Assembly (NCBI GenBank): GCA_031430645.1
Contig: JANPBY010000190.1
Coordinates: 1 to 60,755 of the forward strand
Length of the DNA: 60,755 nt
From: Actinomycetes bacterium
GTDB lineage: Bacteria > Actinomycetota > Actinomycetes > DATJPE01
Reading direction: 5' to 3'
Below the pieces are notes generated by a model that saw only the letters and a program-made list of their open reading frames with translations, had not been told where the DNA came from and searched no databases. Positions 57,756 to 60,755 of the stretch are shown one piece after another (the stretch's first letter is position 1; the number at the start of each line of letters is the position of its first letter). The translations under genes and the position numbers were made by a program.

Positions 57756-60101
57756 GTGAGCACCCCCTCCCCTGCCGACGGCGACCTGGCCGGGCAACTC
57801 CTGGCTGGGTTGACAGCCAGCCCGACCCGCGCCGCCCGCGTGACCCACGTCGAACACGTGGCCGCCCGACCGGCCTCCTGGGCCGAGTGGCCGACCTGGG
57901 TCGACCCGGACGTGATCCAGGCTCTGGGGGCACGCGGGGCGCAGCAGCCGTACACCCACCAGGTCGAGGCCGCCGAGCATGCGCACGCCGGTCGGTCGGT
58001 GGTGGTGTCGACGGGTACGGCCTCCGGCAAGTCCCTCGCCTACCTGCTCCCCGCGCTCACCGCGGTGCGTGAAGGAGCGCAGGCGCCCGATGGTCGGGCG
58101 TCCACCGTTCTCTATCTCAGCCCAACCAAGGCGCTGGCCGCCGACCAACTGCGCGCGCTCACCGAGTTGGCGGTGCCCGACGTACGCCCGGCGACCGTCG
58201 ACGGCGACACTCCCCGGGAGGAGCGCGACTGGGCGCGTGCACATGCGTCCTACGTGTTGACCAATCCCGACATGTTGCATCATTCGCTGCTGCCGGGGCA
58301 CGCCCGATGGGCGCCGTTCTGGCGATCGTTGAGCTTTGTCGTGGTCGATGAGTGCCACGCCTACCGCGGGGTCTTCGGCTCCCATGTGGCTGCGGTGCTG
58401 CGGCGACTGCAGCGGATTGCGCGACGGTACGGCGCCGAACCGGTCTTCGTGCTCGCTTCGGCAACGGTGTCGCAGCCGGACGTGTCAGCACAGCGGCTGA
58501 TCGGCCAACCCGTGGTCGCGGTAACCCGGGACGGATCCCCGCGCGGATCGACGGCGTTCGCTTTGTGGGAACCACCCTTGACCGAGCTGATCGGGGAACG
58601 CGGGGCGCCCATCCGCCGGTCAGTCCACGCCGAGACCGCAGATCTGCTCACGGATCTCGTGATCGAGGGTGCCCGCACGCTGGCCTTCGTCCGATCGCGG
58701 CGGGGGGCGGAAGTGGTCGCCATGATGACCAAGGAGGCAGTAGCTGAGATCGACCCGTCGCTCGCGGACCGGGTCGCCGCCTATCGCGCGGGCTATCTGC
58801 CCGAGGAGCGTCGAGCAGTCGAGGCCGACCTGCAGTCGGGACGGCTGCTGGCGGTGGCAGCGACGTCGGCCCTGGAGCTTGGCGTCGACGTCGCCGGCTT
58901 GGACGCCGTACTCCTTGCCGGCTGGCCAGGAACCCTGGCCTCCATGTGGCAGCAAGCCGGCCGAGCAGGGCGAGCCGGTCAGGGAGCCCTGGCCGTGCTG
59001 ATCGCGCGCGACGACCCCCTCGACACCTATCTCGTGCACCACCCTGAAGCGGTGTTCGGCCGTCCGGTTGAAGCCACCGTGCTCGACCCGAGCAATCCCT
59101 ACATCCTCGGCCCGCATCTGTGCGCGGCCGCGGCGGAGCTCCCACTGACGACCGAGGACCTCGAAGCCTTCGGACCCGGCAGCCACGAGGTCGTCGCCGA
59201 CCTCGTCGAGCGCGAACTCCTCCGCGCCCGCCCTGGCGGCTGGTACTGGACCCGACCCGAACGAGCCTCCGACCTGGCCGACCTGCGGGGCACCGGCGGC
59301 GGTCCGGTCCGGGTGGTCGAGTCCACCACCGGGCGGGTCGTCGGGACCGTCGATCGCGGGGCAGCTGATCGCAGCGTCCATGCCGGGGCCGTCTACGTCC
59401 ACCAAGGCAGCACTTACCTCGTCGACACGTTGGATCTCGACGACAGCGTCGCCCTGGTCACCGCAGCAACGCCCGACTGGACGACCTCAGCCAGGGAGGT
59501 CACGGACCTGCGAGTGATCGCCGAACGCCGGTCCCAGGATTGGGGAGCCGCGCGGTTGTGCGTGGGGGACGTGGAGGTGACCACTCAGGTCGTGGCCTTC
59601 ATGCGCCGCCGCCTGGGAAGCGGGGAGGTGCTCGGCGAGGAGCCTCTGGACCTGCCAGCCCGGACGCTGCGGACGGTCTCAGTGTGGTGGTCGGTGGCTG
59701 AGGCCCAACTCGTCGAAGCCGAACTTGGAGACGTCGAGGTGCCGGGATCGGTTCACGCCGCCGAGCACGCCGCCATCGGGCTACTCCCGCTGGTGGCAAC
59801 CTGCGACCGATGGGACATCGGCGGGGTGTCCACGGCCATCCATCCTGATACTGACCGGGCCAGCGTGTTCGTCTTCGACGGGCACGCCGGAGGGGCTGGC
59901 TTCGCTGAGCGAGGTTTCGAGCGGGCAGCGGAATGGCTCGCCGCAACGCTGAGTGTGCTGGAGACGTGCGAGTGCCCGACCGGCTGTCCGTCGTGCGTTC
60001 AGTCTCCCAAGTGCGGCAACGGGAATGACCCGCTGAACAAGGCGGGGGCCACGCGACTGCTCAGGGTCCTCCTGGCGGGCCGGCCCGTGCCCGAACCATG
60101 A
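57756..60101 (+). CDS. DEAH-box helicase with DUF1998 (YprA/SftH/Hrq1-like)
   Basis: [29 protein letters not shown] and C-terminal [10 protein letters not shown]. Start set at GTG 57756. Confidence 0.95.
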   Translation: MSTPSPADGDLAGQLLAGLTASPTRAARVTHVEHVAARPASWAEWPTWVDPDVIQALGARGAQQPYTHQVEAAEHAHAGRSVVVSTGTASGKSLAYLLPALTAVREGAQAPDGRASTVLYLSPTKALAADQLRALTELAVPDVRPATVDGDTPREERDWARAHASYVLTNPDMLHHSLLPGHARWAPFWRSLSFVVVDECHAYRGVFGSHVAAVLRRLQRIARRYGAEPVFVLASATVSQPDVSAQRLIGQPVVAVTRDGSPRGSTAFALWEPPLTELIGERGAPIRRSVHAETADLLTDLVIEGARTLAFVRSRRGAEVVAMMTKEAVAEIDPSLADRVAAYRAGYLPEERRAVEADLQSGRLLAVAATSALELGVDVAGLDAVLLAGWPGTLASMWQQAGRAGRAGQGALAVLIARDDPLDTYLVHHPEAVFGRPVEATVLDPSNPYILGPHLCAAAAELPLTTEDLEAFGPGSHEVVADLVERELLRARPGGWYWTRPERASDLADLRGTGGGPVRVVESTTGRVVGTVDRGAADRSVHAGAVYVHQGSTYLVDTLDLDDSVALVTAATPDWTTSAREVTDLRVIAERRSQDWGAARLCVGDVEVTTQVVAFMRRRLGSGEVLGEEPLDLPARTLRTVSVWWSVAEAQLVEAELGDVEVPGSVHAAEHAAIGLLPLVATCDRWDIGGVSTAIHPDTDRASVFVFDGHAGGAGFAERGFERAAEWLAATLSVLETCECPTGCPSCVQSPKCGNGNDPLNKAGATRLLRVLLAGRPVPEP

Positions 60102-60459
60102 CGGCGGGGAAGCCAGCCAGCGGCCCAGTGAACGCTCGAGACACCGTGACTTCGACTGTCAGACCAGCGGGTTCGCACGCCACCAACTGGGCCTGTTGAG
60201 CCGCTGCCACCACCCAAGCCGCCCGACAGGAACCCACCGCGTCCGGCAGTGCCGATGCGGCCGCCAAAGCTGCCAGGTCGGCCGCTGCAGCCGCTTGGGC
60301 GCGCACGACGCGGACCTCGACGAACCCGACGAGGACAGCGGCCGCAAGGGCGACCAAGGCAGTGACGGCGAGCACCCACACGGTGCCAGAGCCTGCGTCC
60401 CTAGAGCCTGTGTCCCCAGCGGGGAAAGCCAGTGGGCGTGGGGCTTTCGATGGCGTCAC
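60061..60459 (-). CDS. TadE-like pseudopilin (Rv3654c family)
   Basis: DAG/SGTV prepilin-like site followed by a TM helix, AQAAAAADLAALAAA and ARAGP C-terminus. Confidence 0.88.
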   Translation of the reverse strand: MTPSKAPRPLAFPAGDTGSRDAGSGTVWVLAVTALVALAAAVLVGFVEVRVVRAQAAAAADLAALAAASALPDAVGSCRAAWVVAAAQQAQLVACEPAGLTVEVTVSRAFTGPLAGFPAVMVRARAGPPGGP

Positions 60460-60656
60460 GGACTCGCCACTTCCTGTGCAGCGACGGCCCGACCTGTGAC
60501 GGTGAACGTCGGGAGTCGCAGGGGACCAGCCCAGCGAATCGGCGCCTGCACCTCCACAGCCAGCAGGCCGGATTCGGCTGTCACGGAGACGAGCGCGCCA
60601 GCAGGGGCCGACGTCTGAGCAGTTTCGACAACAACGGATAGCGGCTCGCCCCGGGC
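60456..60656 (-). CDS. TadE-family minor pilin, 3' fragment (5' part lost in poly-G)
   Basis: Not in the ORF track. Manual translation gives ARGEPLSVVVETAQTSAPAGALVSVTAESGLLAVEVQAP...FTVTGRAVAAQEVASP*, with a GTGA overlap with the next gene. Confidence 0.75.
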   Translation of the reverse strand, partial: ARGEPLSVVVETAQTSAPAGALVSVTAESGLLAVEVQAPIRWAGPLRLPTFTVTGRAVAAQEVASP

Positions 60657-60755
60657 CGGGGCGGGGGGGGGGGGGCGCGGGCGGGGGGCGGGGGGGCGGC
60701 GGGGGGGGGGGGGGGGGCGCGCGGCGGCGGGCCGCCCGCCCGCGCGGGGGGGGGG
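60657..60755. other. Low-complexity G-rich end, probable sequencing artefact
   Basis: Only G and C, long G runs; interrupts a coding frame at the window end. Confidence 0.85.

Noticed and set aside
60657-60755. G-quadruplex or telomere-like tract
   Set aside because: It sits at the sequence end, interrupts a gene and lacks A/T, so an artefact is the simpler explanation.

Overview
High-GC actinobacterial chromosome segment, mostly the conserved core block mutY-clpC-lsr2-lysS-coaX-nadC-nadB-panC ... folK-folB-folP-folE-ftsH-hpt-tilS-dacB-ppa ... tRNA-Thr-holB-tmk-topA-hppA-anti-sigma/bldG-DEAH helicase-tad pilins. Small accessory insertions include an SDR, a thioesterase, a broken methyltransferase, cupin/TetR, a P450, an APC permease, an M20 amidohydrolase, a pirin, a 1311-aa secreted repeat protein and a DM13 protein. 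I see no CRISPR array, integrase, transposase or prophage. Two real edge genes are missing from the ORF track: a CheB-like gene at the left edge and a TadE-like pilin at the right edge. The last ~100 nt look like a poly-G artefact. The best leads are: (1) the 5' leader of the DUF2520-panC-nadB-nadC-coaX operon, which has two mutually exclusive hairpins followed by two tandem stop-start-coupled MTESP mini-ORFs; (2) a stand-alone NuoD with an altered quinone site near a MidA/NDUFAF7-type methyltransferase; (3) a large secreted propeller/Ig-like/PKD protein preceded by a perfect BldD-type box and a BldM-like palindrome; (4) a CheB-like protein with a degenerate receiver domain behind a sigma28-like promoter. 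All calls come from motif recognition by eye. No searches were run, and several start codons were re-assigned manually.
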